Below, in pieces: positions 22,484 through 32,950 of a stretch of 53,228 nucleotides of DNA. A program made the translations under genes and the position numbers. The stretch lies in the NCBI GenBank assembly GCA_049318845.1, contig JBMOFH010000001.1, forward strand, positions 1-53,228. Reading direction: 5' to 3'. The number at the start of each line of letters is the position of its first letter. Position 1 is the first letter of the stretch. The notes under the pieces were generated by a model. That model saw nothing but the letters and a program-made list of their open reading frames with translations, did not search any database and was not told the DNA's origin. The stretch comes from Blastocatellia bacterium (GTDB lineage Bacteria > Acidobacteriota > Blastocatellia > RBC074).

Positions 22484-23617
22484 ATGAGTAACTTTTTGAC
22501 CATGCGCATCACCTTCATCCTGCCGATGTTTCTTGAGAGTCCATCGGGCGGATTCAGGATTGTGTACGAATACGCCAACCGGCTCCAGCAGCGCGGTCAT
22601 CGGGTAACGCTCGTCCATCCGCGAAGCCTGTTTTCGAGCTCTGATCAGCATTCGATGGTCGGAGCGCGGCTGGTTGATCGTTTGAAATCACGCCTGTGGG
22701 AGCCGCGATTGCGGCTTCGCCACTGGAGACACGCTGGTCTGGTTCCGTGGTTCAGCCTCGATCGTGGCATCGAGGTCAGGCTGACGCCAGACCTTGACGA
22801 GCGCTGGATTCCGGATGGCGACATCATTGTCGCGACGGCATTCCAGACGGCGGGGGCCGTCAGTGGCTACGGCGAGCGGAAGGGGCGCGGACATTACCTG
22901 ATCCAGTCGTTCGAGGATTGGATGGGTGAGGCGGAAGAGGTTCGTGCAACCTGGCGGCTGCCATTGCGAAAGATCGTCGTCTCTCGCTGGCTGGAGAGGA
23001 TCGCGATCGAGCTGGGCGAGAAGGACCGGACGCGCTACATTCCACTCGGGATCGACTGCGGACATTTTCGGGTCACGCGGCCGATCGAAACCCGTGAGGT
23101 AGCGCGAATCGGCATGCTCGCCCACCCGCTCCCGATCAAGGGAACTCGTGACGGAATGGCGGCGCTCCGAATCATCAGACGTGAATTTCCGGAGGTCGAG
23201 GCCATTCTGTTCGGTACGGAACCACGGGATCTAATATCTTCAGATTGGCCGGAATGGATCAAATATGTCCGGCTTCCATCGGCCGCCGGGCTGGTCGATA
23301 TTTACAATTCGTGCCGGATATTTCTGCATCCGAGCCGGCTCGAAGGGTGGGGACTTCCGGCAGCGGAAGCGATGGCCTGTGGCTGCGCACTGGTAGCAGC
23401 CCACAACGACGGAGTCGATGAGTTTGCGGTCGATGGTGAAAATTCGCTGCTCGCTCCGGTTGGATCGCCGGATGGTCTTGCCAGCCATCTCCGGTACCTG
23501 CTCCACAACGAAGGCCGGAGAATCGAGATCGCGCGCACTGGGCAGCGTCAGATTCAACAGTTCGATTGGAGCCGCCCGGTAGGTGAAATTGAGGCGCTCT
23601 TTCAACGAACAACATAG
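22484..23617 (+). CDS. Glycosyltransferase family 4 (GT-B, GT1-clan)
   Basis: C-terminal EX7E-type region PSRLEGWGLPAAEAMACGCALVAAHNDGVDEF. Alternative start at 22502 (MRITFILP). Confidence 0.85.
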   Translation: MSNFLTMRITFILPMFLESPSGGFRIVYEYANRLQQRGHRVTLVHPRSLFSSSDQHSMVGARLVDRLKSRLWEPRLRLRHWRHAGLVPWFSLDRGIEVRLTPDLDERWIPDGDIIVATAFQTAGAVSGYGERKGRGHYLIQSFEDWMGEAEEVRATWRLPLRKIVVSRWLERIAIELGEKDRTRYIPLGIDCGHFRVTRPIETREVARIGMLAHPLPIKGTRDGMAALRIIRREFPEVEAILFGTEPRDLISSDWPEWIKYVRLPSAAGLVDIYNSCRIFLHPSRLEGWGLPAAEAMACGCALVAAHNDGVDEFAVDGENSLLAPVGSPDGLASHLRYLLHNEGRRIEIARTGQRQIQQFDWSRPVGEIEALFQRTT

Positions 23618-23632
23618 AATATTCGGAGGGGG

Positions 23633-24577
23633 ATGAGATTTCCATCGGTCGCAGTAGTGATCGTAAACTACAACGGTGAAAGCTGGCTGACGCGATGTCT
23701 CAAGAGTCTGCGTCGGACGGACTATCCCGACTTTCGAACCATCCTCGTCGACAATGATTCGCGGGATGGCAGTGTCGATATGGTGACGACAGGGTTTCCT
23801 GAGGTCGAAGTGATCCGTGCCGGGGGAAACCTCGGCTTTTGCGAAGGGAACAACCTTGGCATCCGGCGTGCGCTGGAGAGTGGAGCGGAACTTGTCGCAC
23901 TGCTCAATCCGGATACGTGGGTCGAGCCGGAATGGCTGCGAAATCTGGTGGAAGTGAGTCAGTACAACCCGGAAATTGGAATTGTCGGAGCGGTTCAGTT
24001 GCGTTACGACGGGAACGATTTCAACAGTTGGACGAAAACAGCATTTCCCGCGCTTCTCGACGAGTTGAGAGTACCGGAAGCTGGACGTGACTGGATTCCG
24101 GTCGAGTGGGTTGAGGGTGCGTGCCTGCTGGTAAAGCGGGCGGTGCTGGATGAGGTGGGATGGCTCGATCCGATCTTCTTTGCATTTTATGAGGAGATCG
24201 ATCTCTGCCGGCGTGTTCGCGCCCACGGATATGGTATCGGACTCGTTCCACGCAGCCGGATCCACCACTTCCGTGGTGGAAGCTGGGAATCGACTCCCGA
24301 GTTGCACCGGGAACGAAATTTCCGCTGCGATCGGAGCCAGTTTGTCTATGAACTGACCGACCCGCAACGAAGATTCAGTGCCAATCTGGTTGCCGGATTT
24401 CGGACTCTTGCGACGAAGGTCAGAGGAGCCGTAGTCAGTCGATCACCATCGCAGATTATCGATCTGCTCCGAATCCTGATCGAGCTGATTCGTCTCGGCG
24501 GGCCGATTGGCCGAAAATGGTCGAATGACCGAATGAGCTGTCAAAGTTCAGCGTGCAAAAGCAATGAGTACAATTAA
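23633..24577 (+). CDS. Glycosyltransferase family 2 (WbbL/rhamnosyltransferase-like subgroup)
   Basis: VAVVIVNYNGESWL...LVDNDSRDGS...GGNLGFCEGNNLG...NPD...EEIDLCRR. Confidence 0.85.
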   Translation: MRFPSVAVVIVNYNGESWLTRCLKSLRRTDYPDFRTILVDNDSRDGSVDMVTTGFPEVEVIRAGGNLGFCEGNNLGIRRALESGAELVALLNPDTWVEPEWLRNLVEVSQYNPEIGIVGAVQLRYDGNDFNSWTKTAFPALLDELRVPEAGRDWIPVEWVEGACLLVKRAVLDEVGWLDPIFFAFYEEIDLCRRVRAHGYGIGLVPRSRIHHFRGGSWESTPELHRERNFRCDRSQFVYELTDPQRRFSANLVAGFRTLATKVRGAVVSRSPSQIIDLLRILIELIRLGGPIGRKWSNDRMSCQSSACKSNEYN

Positions 24578-25490
24578 AGTATCGATAGTCATTCCAACGC
24601 GCAACCGGAGCCGGGATCTGAGTCGCTGCCTCGAAGCGCTGGCGGAGCAGACCTTTCCACTCGACGAGGCAGAGATCCTGATCGCCGACGATGGATCGAC
24701 CGAATCGCTGGCAGAGCCAATGGCGACAGCCGAGCGGTTGAAACTCCCGGTCCGTTTTTTGAGGCAGGACCCGCGCGGACCGGCGGCCGCACGCAACCTT
24801 GGCATTCGCGCGGCCGCGGGTCAGATCATTGCGCTGACCGACAGTGACACCCTTCCCGACCGTCAGTGGCTGGCGCGGCTGGTCGAGGCGCTGGAGTCAC
24901 ATCCGGAGGCGGTCGGAGTCGAGGGGCAGGTTCGCGCCGACAACGAGGGCGAGTTCGACCCGCTTGGTGAGGGGCCAGCCAATCGCGAGGGTGGAGTCTT
25001 TCTGACCTGTAACTGCGCCTACCGCCGCGCGATCCTCGTTACGGTGGGTGGATTTGACGAAACGTATCCGTATCCGGCCTATGAGGATACAGAGCTCGCC
25101 GCCTGCATGCAGATGCACGGACCGATCGTCTGGCAACCGGCGGCACTGGTCGTTCATCCGCAACGCCCGCTGACACTCCGGGCAGTAATCAAAAAACTTT
25201 ATCACTGGGAGTATATTCTGCTGATGGGATTTCGTTACGGTTATCTTGGCTGGCGAAAGTACCCGGTCCGCCATCCACGAGGCCGTGTCGCGGTTCTTTC
25301 CGTAATCGCGCTGCCTCTCGCCAAATTCAGAACAGCGTTACAATGGGTGACGAAACGGCCGGCGGCGGCGTTAAAGCTTGTCTGCTTTGGGCTGGTCGAG
25401 TCGCTCGGAGCGCTCGTGATCGTTGTGCCGCGGGCACTCTTTGGAAATTTTAATGACCGCCTCGCACGACGGAGATACCTCGATCAGTGA
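24564..25490 (+). CDS. Glycosyltransferase family 2
   Basis: VSIVIPTRNRSRDLSRCLEALAEQ...LIADDGSTES...ARNLGIRAAAGQIIALTDSD. Confidence 0.85.
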   Translation: MSTIKVSIVIPTRNRSRDLSRCLEALAEQTFPLDEAEILIADDGSTESLAEPMATAERLKLPVRFLRQDPRGPAAARNLGIRAAAGQIIALTDSDTLPDRQWLARLVEALESHPEAVGVEGQVRADNEGEFDPLGEGPANREGGVFLTCNCAYRRAILVTVGGFDETYPYPAYEDTELAACMQMHGPIVWQPAALVVHPQRPLTLRAVIKKLYHWEYILLMGFRYGYLGWRKYPVRHPRGRVAVLSVIALPLAKFRTALQWVTKRPAAALKLVCFGLVESLGALVIVVPRALFGNFNDRLARRRYLDQ

Positions 25491-25499
25491 GATCAGCCT

Positions 25500-26435
25500 A
25501 TGCCATCGCCATCCGTCTCCATTCTGATTCTGAATTATCGCCTGCGCGAACAGGTGCGTGACTGCCTGCGATCGCTGCAGTCGCTGAACTACCCCAATTT
25601 CCGCGTCATCGTCATCGACAACGACTCCGGTGACGGAATTGAAGCAATGGTCGAGGATGAATTTCCAGCGGCCGTCTTCATCCAGACTGGAGTGAATTCC
25701 GGCTACACTGGTGGCAATAACCGTGGGTTTGAGTATGCGATGGCGGCCGGCGCAGACTACGCCCTCGTCCTCAATCCGGATACAGTCGTCATCAATTCCG
25801 ACTTTCTGACGGAGATGGTCGACTATCTCGAAACGCATCGTCGAGTCGGAATTGCCGGACCGCGGATATTCCTGCGCGAGGCGGGTGTGCTTCAGAACAC
25901 GGTTCTCTACGCGCCCGGAGTCTGGAGAAACGCGATCAATTGGTTTCGGTACCGTCTGGCGCCGGAATCGCTCGTCCATTCCGGTGGGGCAGTCGTCGAG
26001 GCAGAGGTGCTCAACGGCGTCTGCCTCCTGATTCGCCTCGATTGCCTGCGCGAGGTCGGCCTCTTCGATGAGGAATATTTTATGTACATCGAGGATGCTG
26101 ACATGGATCATCGGGCGTGGAAGGGCGGGTGGGCAGTCCATTATCTTCCGATCGACAGCGTCATCCACCGGCAGCAGCGCGATGTCTATCAGCCGGATGG
26201 GCCGGTCGATTTTTTTTTAAAGCGTAATTCGGTCTATTATCTGGTCAAGTATGGCCGGCGTAGCGAGGCGATCGGATTTGCGATCCTCGCGCTTCTGGTA
26301 ATCTGGTGGCGGGGTCTGCTGGGTTTTGATCAGCGACGTCTGCGAAGGGCGCTCGATTTTGGCCACCGGCTTGTTGCCGCGTGGCGACAGATATTCAGAA
26401 ACGCGAAGCTTGCGGCACAAGGAGTCAGGAAGTGA
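25500..26435 (+). CDS. Glycosyltransferase family 2 (paralog of 23633..24577)
   Basis: VSILILNYRLREQV...VIDNDSGDG...NSGYTGGNNRG...NPD...YIEDADMDHR. Confidence 0.85.
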   Translation: MPSPSVSILILNYRLREQVRDCLRSLQSLNYPNFRVIVIDNDSGDGIEAMVEDEFPAAVFIQTGVNSGYTGGNNRGFEYAMAAGADYALVLNPDTVVINSDFLTEMVDYLETHRRVGIAGPRIFLREAGVLQNTVLYAPGVWRNAINWFRYRLAPESLVHSGGAVVEAEVLNGVCLLIRLDCLREVGLFDEEYFMYIEDADMDHRAWKGGWAVHYLPIDSVIHRQQRDVYQPDGPVDFFLKRNSVYYLVKYGRRSEAIGFAILALLVIWWRGLLGFDQRRLRRALDFGHRLVAAWRQIFRNAKLAAQGVRK

Positions 26436-28057
26436 AGAGGTTGTTACTGGTATTACTTGCAGCCCTGGCGGCGGTCGCCACGCTGAAGGCACAAACTGTA
26501 AATGAACCGGGGCAGCAGCCGGATGCTGTAGCGCGGATACGCGTCGCCGGGCGACGCCAGATGGGGAGCATTGCGCCACGCCCACTGCCCCTCGCCGCGC
26601 ACTGGAACCTTGGTGAAGAGAAGGATGGTTATAATCCCGCTTACCAGATCCGATTGATCGAAGAGGGCCATCACATCCTGCCGTGGTTCCTCATGCCAAA
26701 TGTCTACGCCGATCCGACCGATCCGCGCTGGCTCACCTACTATCAGGAGGCCATCCTGCAGGCGGCGAAATGGCACCTTCCGATTGCGCTTGTCAGCACA
26801 CAGTGGGAGTCTCTGCTCTCAAACCGGCCTGAGTACCTGCAACTGCCTCCTGACCGGAATCCCAATGTAGTTCAGGTGGACGGAAAGGTGCGCCGCGAGG
26901 TCTCCCCGTTCGGCCCGGTCGGGCCGTGGCGCGAAGTTGGACGAAGCTGGGGCAATGGTCGGATGATGCAGAAGCTTCAGGAATGGTATCCCGATCCACC
27001 GCTTATTCTCCTGATCTCGAACAACGAACACGCGCGTCTCGACTGGACGAAGGTCGAGGATGATCGCCGTTATCTCGAAGCGTATGGCAGGGGGCGTGAC
27101 GCCAACTTCAAGCGAAAACTGGTTGGTGACGCCTGGATCGAGCGTTACCGCGCAATGCAGCAGGGCCTGAGCGACGGGCTCGTCTCGAAGACGTGGCGGG
27201 ACCGCGCGCTCTATGTCGCCTACGATGCCTTTGGCCCGGTCCATTTCGCACGATGGCCCGGCTGGACAGACTACTCTCTCTACAGCCCAAACCGCTCCTC
27301 ACCCTGGCCACTCGGCTGGGACGGTACGTCATCGTCATTCTACCTTTTCAACTGGAGTGGAATCACCGATTTCACCGTCTACAGTCCGCAGGTTGAGTCG
27401 ATGAACTGGACCTTCATGCTCGACGAGGCCTTTCGGACCAATCCAAATTTCTGGTTTGAGCTCTCGACCTGGGATGGATACGAGCCAACACTTCCGAATG
27501 ACAAGCGAAAATTCTACCTCTCGATCTCGCAGGAGTTCACACCGGCGCGATATGGTGGAATGATCAAGTTCGGAATGTGGCTGATGAGACCGCGCGTGGT
27601 CCGTGAATTCCGCGGTTACCGTGACACGGTGGCGACGACGCAGGAATGGTTTGAGCCGATTCTGAATGCGGTCGACCGGATACATCTTGAACCGGTGCTC
27701 CGGCAATTCTGGCAATACGGCAAGCTGGTTCCAAACCGGTCACGTCAGCATCCATATCAATCGATCGTTCCGGAAGAGTATCGGAACATCGACCGCTGGT
27801 TCCTGCTCGACACCTCGCTCGATCCGGTGGGCGGGTGGAGCCTGGGGACGCAACTGCCGGTCTTTTCGCTCGCGCTGGTCCGTGGAAACGCACCGCGGCG
27901 GGAATGGCTGGTCTATGCCAACGCTCCGGCCGGCGTGCGACGAGATGTGCGGATCAGCATTCCGGATTTCGGACCGATCCAGCTCGACGTCCCAGTAGGC
28001 GGAACCTACCGGCTGATAAGTGAACGTAGTGGCAAGGTGACCGAAGTTGGTCCGTAA
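26432..28057 (+). CDS. Secreted protein of unknown function (possible glycoside-hydrolase-like enzyme)
   Basis: The GTG at 26432 overlaps the upstream stop (GTGA) and follows AGGAG. Signal peptide VKRLLLVLLAALAAVATLKAQ. I recognise no family. Trp/aromatic-rich, with LISNNEH and WFELSTWDG segments. Confidence 0.7.
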   Translation: MKRLLLVLLAALAAVATLKAQTVNEPGQQPDAVARIRVAGRRQMGSIAPRPLPLAAHWNLGEEKDGYNPAYQIRLIEEGHHILPWFLMPNVYADPTDPRWLTYYQEAILQAAKWHLPIALVSTQWESLLSNRPEYLQLPPDRNPNVVQVDGKVRREVSPFGPVGPWREVGRSWGNGRMMQKLQEWYPDPPLILLISNNEHARLDWTKVEDDRRYLEAYGRGRDANFKRKLVGDAWIERYRAMQQGLSDGLVSKTWRDRALYVAYDAFGPVHFARWPGWTDYSLYSPNRSSPWPLGWDGTSSSFYLFNWSGITDFTVYSPQVESMNWTFMLDEAFRTNPNFWFELSTWDGYEPTLPNDKRKFYLSISQEFTPARYGGMIKFGMWLMRPRVVREFRGYRDTVATTQEWFEPILNAVDRIHLEPVLRQFWQYGKLVPNRSRQHPYQSIVPEEYRNIDRWFLLDTSLDPVGGWSLGTQLPVFSLALVRGNAPRREWLVYANAPAGVRRDVRISIPDFGPIQLDVPVGGTYRLISERSGKVTEVGP

Positions 28058-28065
28058 TCGCTCGC

Positions 28066-29277
28066 ATGCGCATTCTGTTGTTGAACAATCTGCCGACCCC
28101 ATACTTTATGCCGCTCTTTCAGCGACTAGTCAGGCTCGGCCTGGGCGAGCTGACGATCTGCTTCGCGATGGATTGGAAATCGGATCTGGGATGGGAAGAG
28201 GGCTCGGTCACGGCACAGATCGAGACGCGAACGGTTTATTTAAAAAGTGGGCTGGCAAGCGATCACGCATCTTCAGGCAATGGTCTGTGGCAGATAGTAT
28301 CGATAGCCTCCAGTGCTTTGAGAATGCTGAAAGTGCTGCGAGAGGAGCGTCCGGACTATGTCATCTGCTACGGCTACACATTGGTGCCACAGTTGACACT
28401 GCTGCTCTGGGCGCTGGTGAGACGAATCCCATTTGCGCTGATTGGTGACGCCAATATTTACTGCGACAAGTCGCGTGGCATTCGTCGAATATTGAAGAGG
28501 ATATGGCTGCGGCTGTTGACGTGGCGGGCAGCAGCGATATTGACGATCGGAACGGCGAGTCAGCTCTTCTGGGAGTCGTATGGTGCGACAGCGGGAAAGA
28601 TTTTTTGTGTCCCATTCGCGGTCGACAACGACCATTTTGCGCGGGAGACGGAAGCGCAAAAACTTGCGGCGCGCAGAAAGCGGCGCGAGCTGGGCATCGA
28701 CGAACGGGTCGTCTTTATTTCGGTTGGGCGACTGATCAAGCGGAAGAACGTCCGGCTGCTGATCGAGGCCCTGGCAATGGTAAACAGTGCCCCGGATGGC
28801 GATCAGGCGGCGCTGCTGATCGTCGGGGCGGGCGATGAACGGCGCGCCCTCGAAGAGCTGGCTGGGGGTGATCCGCGGATCATCTTCGCTGGTGGAGTCA
28901 CGCCGGCAGAGTTGCCGCGCTGGTACGCGATGGCAGATGTCATGATTCTTGCCGCGCACGACGAACCGTGGGGTCTGGTCACTAATGAAGCAATGGCCAG
29001 CGGGCTCGCGATCATTGCCCACCGCGAATGCGGATCGACCGTCGATCTGGTCGATGAACAGAATGGAGTTGTGCTTGACGGTTTCGGAGTCGAGGAGCTG
29101 GCGATGGCTATGCGGCAGATGATCCGTGACGAGCAGCACCTCCGCCTGCGACAGGATGCCTCACGGAGAAAGATCGCCGATTGGACGATCGAGTCCGCCG
29201 CCGCCGGCGTCGCCCGTGCGGTCAGAGAGACTTGCCGCCAGCATCACAAAAATCGCCAGCATCAGTCATTAAAATGA
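28066..29277 (+). CDS. Glycosyltransferase family 4
   Basis: MRILLLNNLPTPYF... and C-terminal AAHDEPWGLVTNEAMASGLAIIAHRECGSTVDLV. Confidence 0.85.
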   Translation: MRILLLNNLPTPYFMPLFQRLVRLGLGELTICFAMDWKSDLGWEEGSVTAQIETRTVYLKSGLASDHASSGNGLWQIVSIASSALRMLKVLREERPDYVICYGYTLVPQLTLLLWALVRRIPFALIGDANIYCDKSRGIRRILKRIWLRLLTWRAAAILTIGTASQLFWESYGATAGKIFCVPFAVDNDHFARETEAQKLAARRKRRELGIDERVVFISVGRLIKRKNVRLLIEALAMVNSAPDGDQAALLIVGAGDERRALEELAGGDPRIIFAGGVTPAELPRWYAMADVMILAAHDEPWGLVTNEAMASGLAIIAHRECGSTVDLVDEQNGVVLDGFGVEELAMAMRQMIRDEQHLRLRQDASRRKIADWTIESAAAGVARAVRETCRQHHKNRQHQSLK

Positions 29278-29317
29278 TGAAGTTGCAGACAATCGTGATC
29301 AACCGGAGACCGAATCG

Positions 29318-30781
29318 ATGAGCACTGCCCCGCTTCTGATCGCCGTCATACTCTCCTTCCTGTGGCTCTTCCGCTACCGCCTGCGGGAGAGCCTGCTCCG
29401 TGGCTACGGCCTATTCTTCCTCATCCTGCTCATCTTCTCATCGAACAAGGAGTATTACGGGATCAGCGCCACGCTCTCTGAATCGACCTTCAGTCCGCTG
29501 AGCCTCGTCCGGTGGGCACTGCTCGGCTGGTTCGCGTGGCGGGCCTGGCGCACACCGGTTCCAGCGGGTTTTCGATTCAGCCTGCCGCTGGCCGGAGCGT
29601 CGATTATGCTGATAATTGTCATGCTGATCTCCTCTCTCTACTCAGAGGATACGGGCTATTCGCTGATGCGTGCCGCCAGCTTCGGACTACTTGCATTCGC
29701 GCTGATGAAGGGGCTCGTCTTTCATCTTTATCACAGTGGCAACGCAATCCGATTCTTCCAGCTCCATTACTATGCGGCATGGATCGTGATGACTCCTTTT
29801 CTGCTGCTCTTTCTGACGGGAATCGATTATGGCTTCACGGTGATCATGGGACAGTATGCCGGATTCTTCGGAAACCAGAATACGATCGGAGCGATCTCCG
29901 CTTTTCTCACGCCCTACGTCCTCTTTCACTGGCAGGTGCTGGCAAAAGGGCGGTGGGAGAAGGTTGCCGATCTTGGGCTGCTCGGAGTAATACTGACCGG
30001 TGTCTGGCTGTCGGGATCGCGAAATGGCACGGCCTGCACCGTGCTGACGATCGTCACCTATTTCTTCGTCGTCAATCTTCAAAGCCGGCTGAAGATCATT
30101 GTCGCCGGAACGATATTTCTGGCAATCTTCGTCTACCTGCCATCGCTCCAGACAGATCTGACACGCTTCATTCGGAAAGGAACCGATCGCTCTGTCCAGG
30201 TGCGGGACTTCGGGTCGCAGTTGACCGAAGAGCGGCGGTACGAGATGTGGACGGGGGTCTGGCCAAAGTTCTGGGAGCGGAAACTGACCGGTTACGGTTT
30301 CGCGCAGTCGCACCTGCTGGTGCATGAATTTACGAATGACAGGGAGGCGGGCCGTTCACTCCACAACAGCTATCTCGAGATCTTCGGCGATCTTGGGTTA
30401 CCGGGCATTGCGCTGCTGCTGCTGCTGCTCTACCAGATAACGGCAAAGGTGGTTCGAGTCGTAACCTCGTCGACCATTGCCCTTGAACGACAGATCTCGG
30501 CGGTCTTCATTGCCGGATTTATCGCCGGCGCCTTCAACGCTATCTTTGAGAGCTGGATGTTCTCGGTTGGCAATCTCCTTTCTCTCCTTTTCTGGAGTGC
30601 GACGACCGGACTGATTGCCAGAACATCCTGGGTCCCGACGGAAGCGAAGGGCTCGATTCAGGCGCCGCGAAGTGCGAACCCGGTCGCTCTCGCCGCGCCT
30701 CGGATGGTGATCAATGCTGATGGGCTGCCGGGCAGATTCGATTCGGGAATGGCCAGAGGTGGCGAGGTGGTTCGGGACTGA
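29318..30781 (+). CDS. O-antigen polymerase/ligase family (Wzy_C) membrane protein
   Basis: At least ten TM helices. SGSRNG and HNSYLEIFGDLGLPGIALLLLLL motifs. It is the second member of this family in the locus. Confidence 0.82.
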   Translation: MSTAPLLIAVILSFLWLFRYRLRESLLRGYGLFFLILLIFSSNKEYYGISATLSESTFSPLSLVRWALLGWFAWRAWRTPVPAGFRFSLPLAGASIMLIIVMLISSLYSEDTGYSLMRAASFGLLAFALMKGLVFHLYHSGNAIRFFQLHYYAAWIVMTPFLLLFLTGIDYGFTVIMGQYAGFFGNQNTIGAISAFLTPYVLFHWQVLAKGRWEKVADLGLLGVILTGVWLSGSRNGTACTVLTIVTYFFVVNLQSRLKIIVAGTIFLAIFVYLPSLQTDLTRFIRKGTDRSVQVRDFGSQLTEERRYEMWTGVWPKFWERKLTGYGFAQSHLLVHEFTNDREAGRSLHNSYLEIFGDLGLPGIALLLLLLYQITAKVVRVVTSSTIALERQISAVFIAGFIAGAFNAIFESWMFSVGNLLSLLFWSATTGLIARTSWVPTEAKGSIQAPRSANPVALAAPRMVINADGLPGRFDSGMARGGEVVRD

Positions 30782-30783
30782 CC

Positions 30784-31986
30784 ATGGCGCGAATACTCAT
30801 CAATGCTCTCGCCTCGACGGCTGGTGGCGGAAGAACCTACCTGCGGAATGTGCTCCCGCGGCTCGGGAGACAATCCGCGAATGATATGAGTTACGTCATC
30901 CTGGTTCCGGCGGAGCATCGCAGCGAATATCGAGTATTCGAAAGCAGTCGGGTCGAGATTCGGTCTGTACCGTTTGCCGGAGGTCTGGCGAAGCGCTGGT
31001 GGTGGGAGCAGACCGGGCTGCGGCGTCTGATCGGTGAAGAGTCGATCGATCTGCTTGTCGCGCTTGGCAATTTCGCGATGTGGCAATCACCCGTCCCCCA
31101 GATTCTCTTCAACCGAAGCGACCTCAACTTTTCGCAGACATTTCGCAAGGATCTGCTGGCGCGGCGCGAATGGGCAATGTGGTGTGGACAGGTGGTGAAA
31201 TCAATTCTGGCGCGGATCTCGATCCGGCAGGCGACAGTCAATGTCGTCCCGACAAAGGCATTCGGCGAGCGGATCCGTAAAGTGAAAGGCCGGCAACGAT
31301 TCCCTTTTGAGGTACTCACCTTCGGCTTCGACCGCGCCATCTTTCAGGCTGATCTGAAGCCACCGGATTGGCTCGAGGCGCGGTTACACAGAGATCCAGG
31401 GGTGAGGCGGCTGCTCTATGTCAGCCACTACAACTACTTTCGAAACTTCGAAACCCTCTTGCGAGCATTGCCGGAACTGAAACGACGCGTCCTGGAATCT
31501 TCCGGGCTGCGGGTTGAACTGGTTCTGACAACAGAGATCGCCCGCGGGGCGATCCACGGTGGGTATGACTCGACGGAGGCGGCGCGGCTGATCGAGCAGC
31601 TCGGGATTGGCGATGACCTCCAAATGCTCGGTGGGGTGCGATACGAACAGCTTCATCACCTGTACGAGAGATGTGATCTGTTTGTCTGTCCGTCATATTC
31701 GGAGAGTTTCGGCCATCCGCTGGTCGAGGCGATGGCCGGTGGAATGGCGATCGCAAGCGCAGATCTTCCGGTCCATCGTGAAGTGTGTGGTGACGCCGCC
31801 GCCTACTTTGCCCCATTCGAGCCCGGAGATCTCGCACGCTGCTGCGCCGAGCTCCTTGCCGATCCGCCGCGCCGTAACGATCTTGGTCAGCGGGGACTGG
31901 CGCGAATCGCCTCCTTTTCCTGGGACGCGCATGTTCTCAAGCTGGCGGAACTGATCGATCGTACTCTGACGGGAGAGGGACGATGA
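30784..31986 (+). CDS. Glycosyltransferase family 4
   Basis: MARILINALASTAGGGRTY... and PSYSESFGHPLVEAMAGGMAIASADLPVHREVCGD. Confidence 0.85.
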   Translation: MARILINALASTAGGGRTYLRNVLPRLGRQSANDMSYVILVPAEHRSEYRVFESSRVEIRSVPFAGGLAKRWWWEQTGLRRLIGEESIDLLVALGNFAMWQSPVPQILFNRSDLNFSQTFRKDLLARREWAMWCGQVVKSILARISIRQATVNVVPTKAFGERIRKVKGRQRFPFEVLTFGFDRAIFQADLKPPDWLEARLHRDPGVRRLLYVSHYNYFRNFETLLRALPELKRRVLESSGLRVELVLTTEIARGAIHGGYDSTEAARLIEQLGIGDDLQMLGGVRYEQLHHLYERCDLFVCPSYSESFGHPLVEAMAGGMAIASADLPVHREVCGDAAAYFAPFEPGDLARCCAELLADPPRRNDLGQRGLARIASFSWDAHVLKLAELIDRTLTGEGR

Positions 31987-32080
31987 GTCAGGTCGACTTT
32001 TTCCGGCCACAATATTCATCACTCTCTTTCCGGGGAAAGGTACTATACTGATCGCTTCGCGATACTGCGATTAAGAAATC

Positions 32081-32947
<867 letters not shown>

Positions 32948-32950
32948 TCG

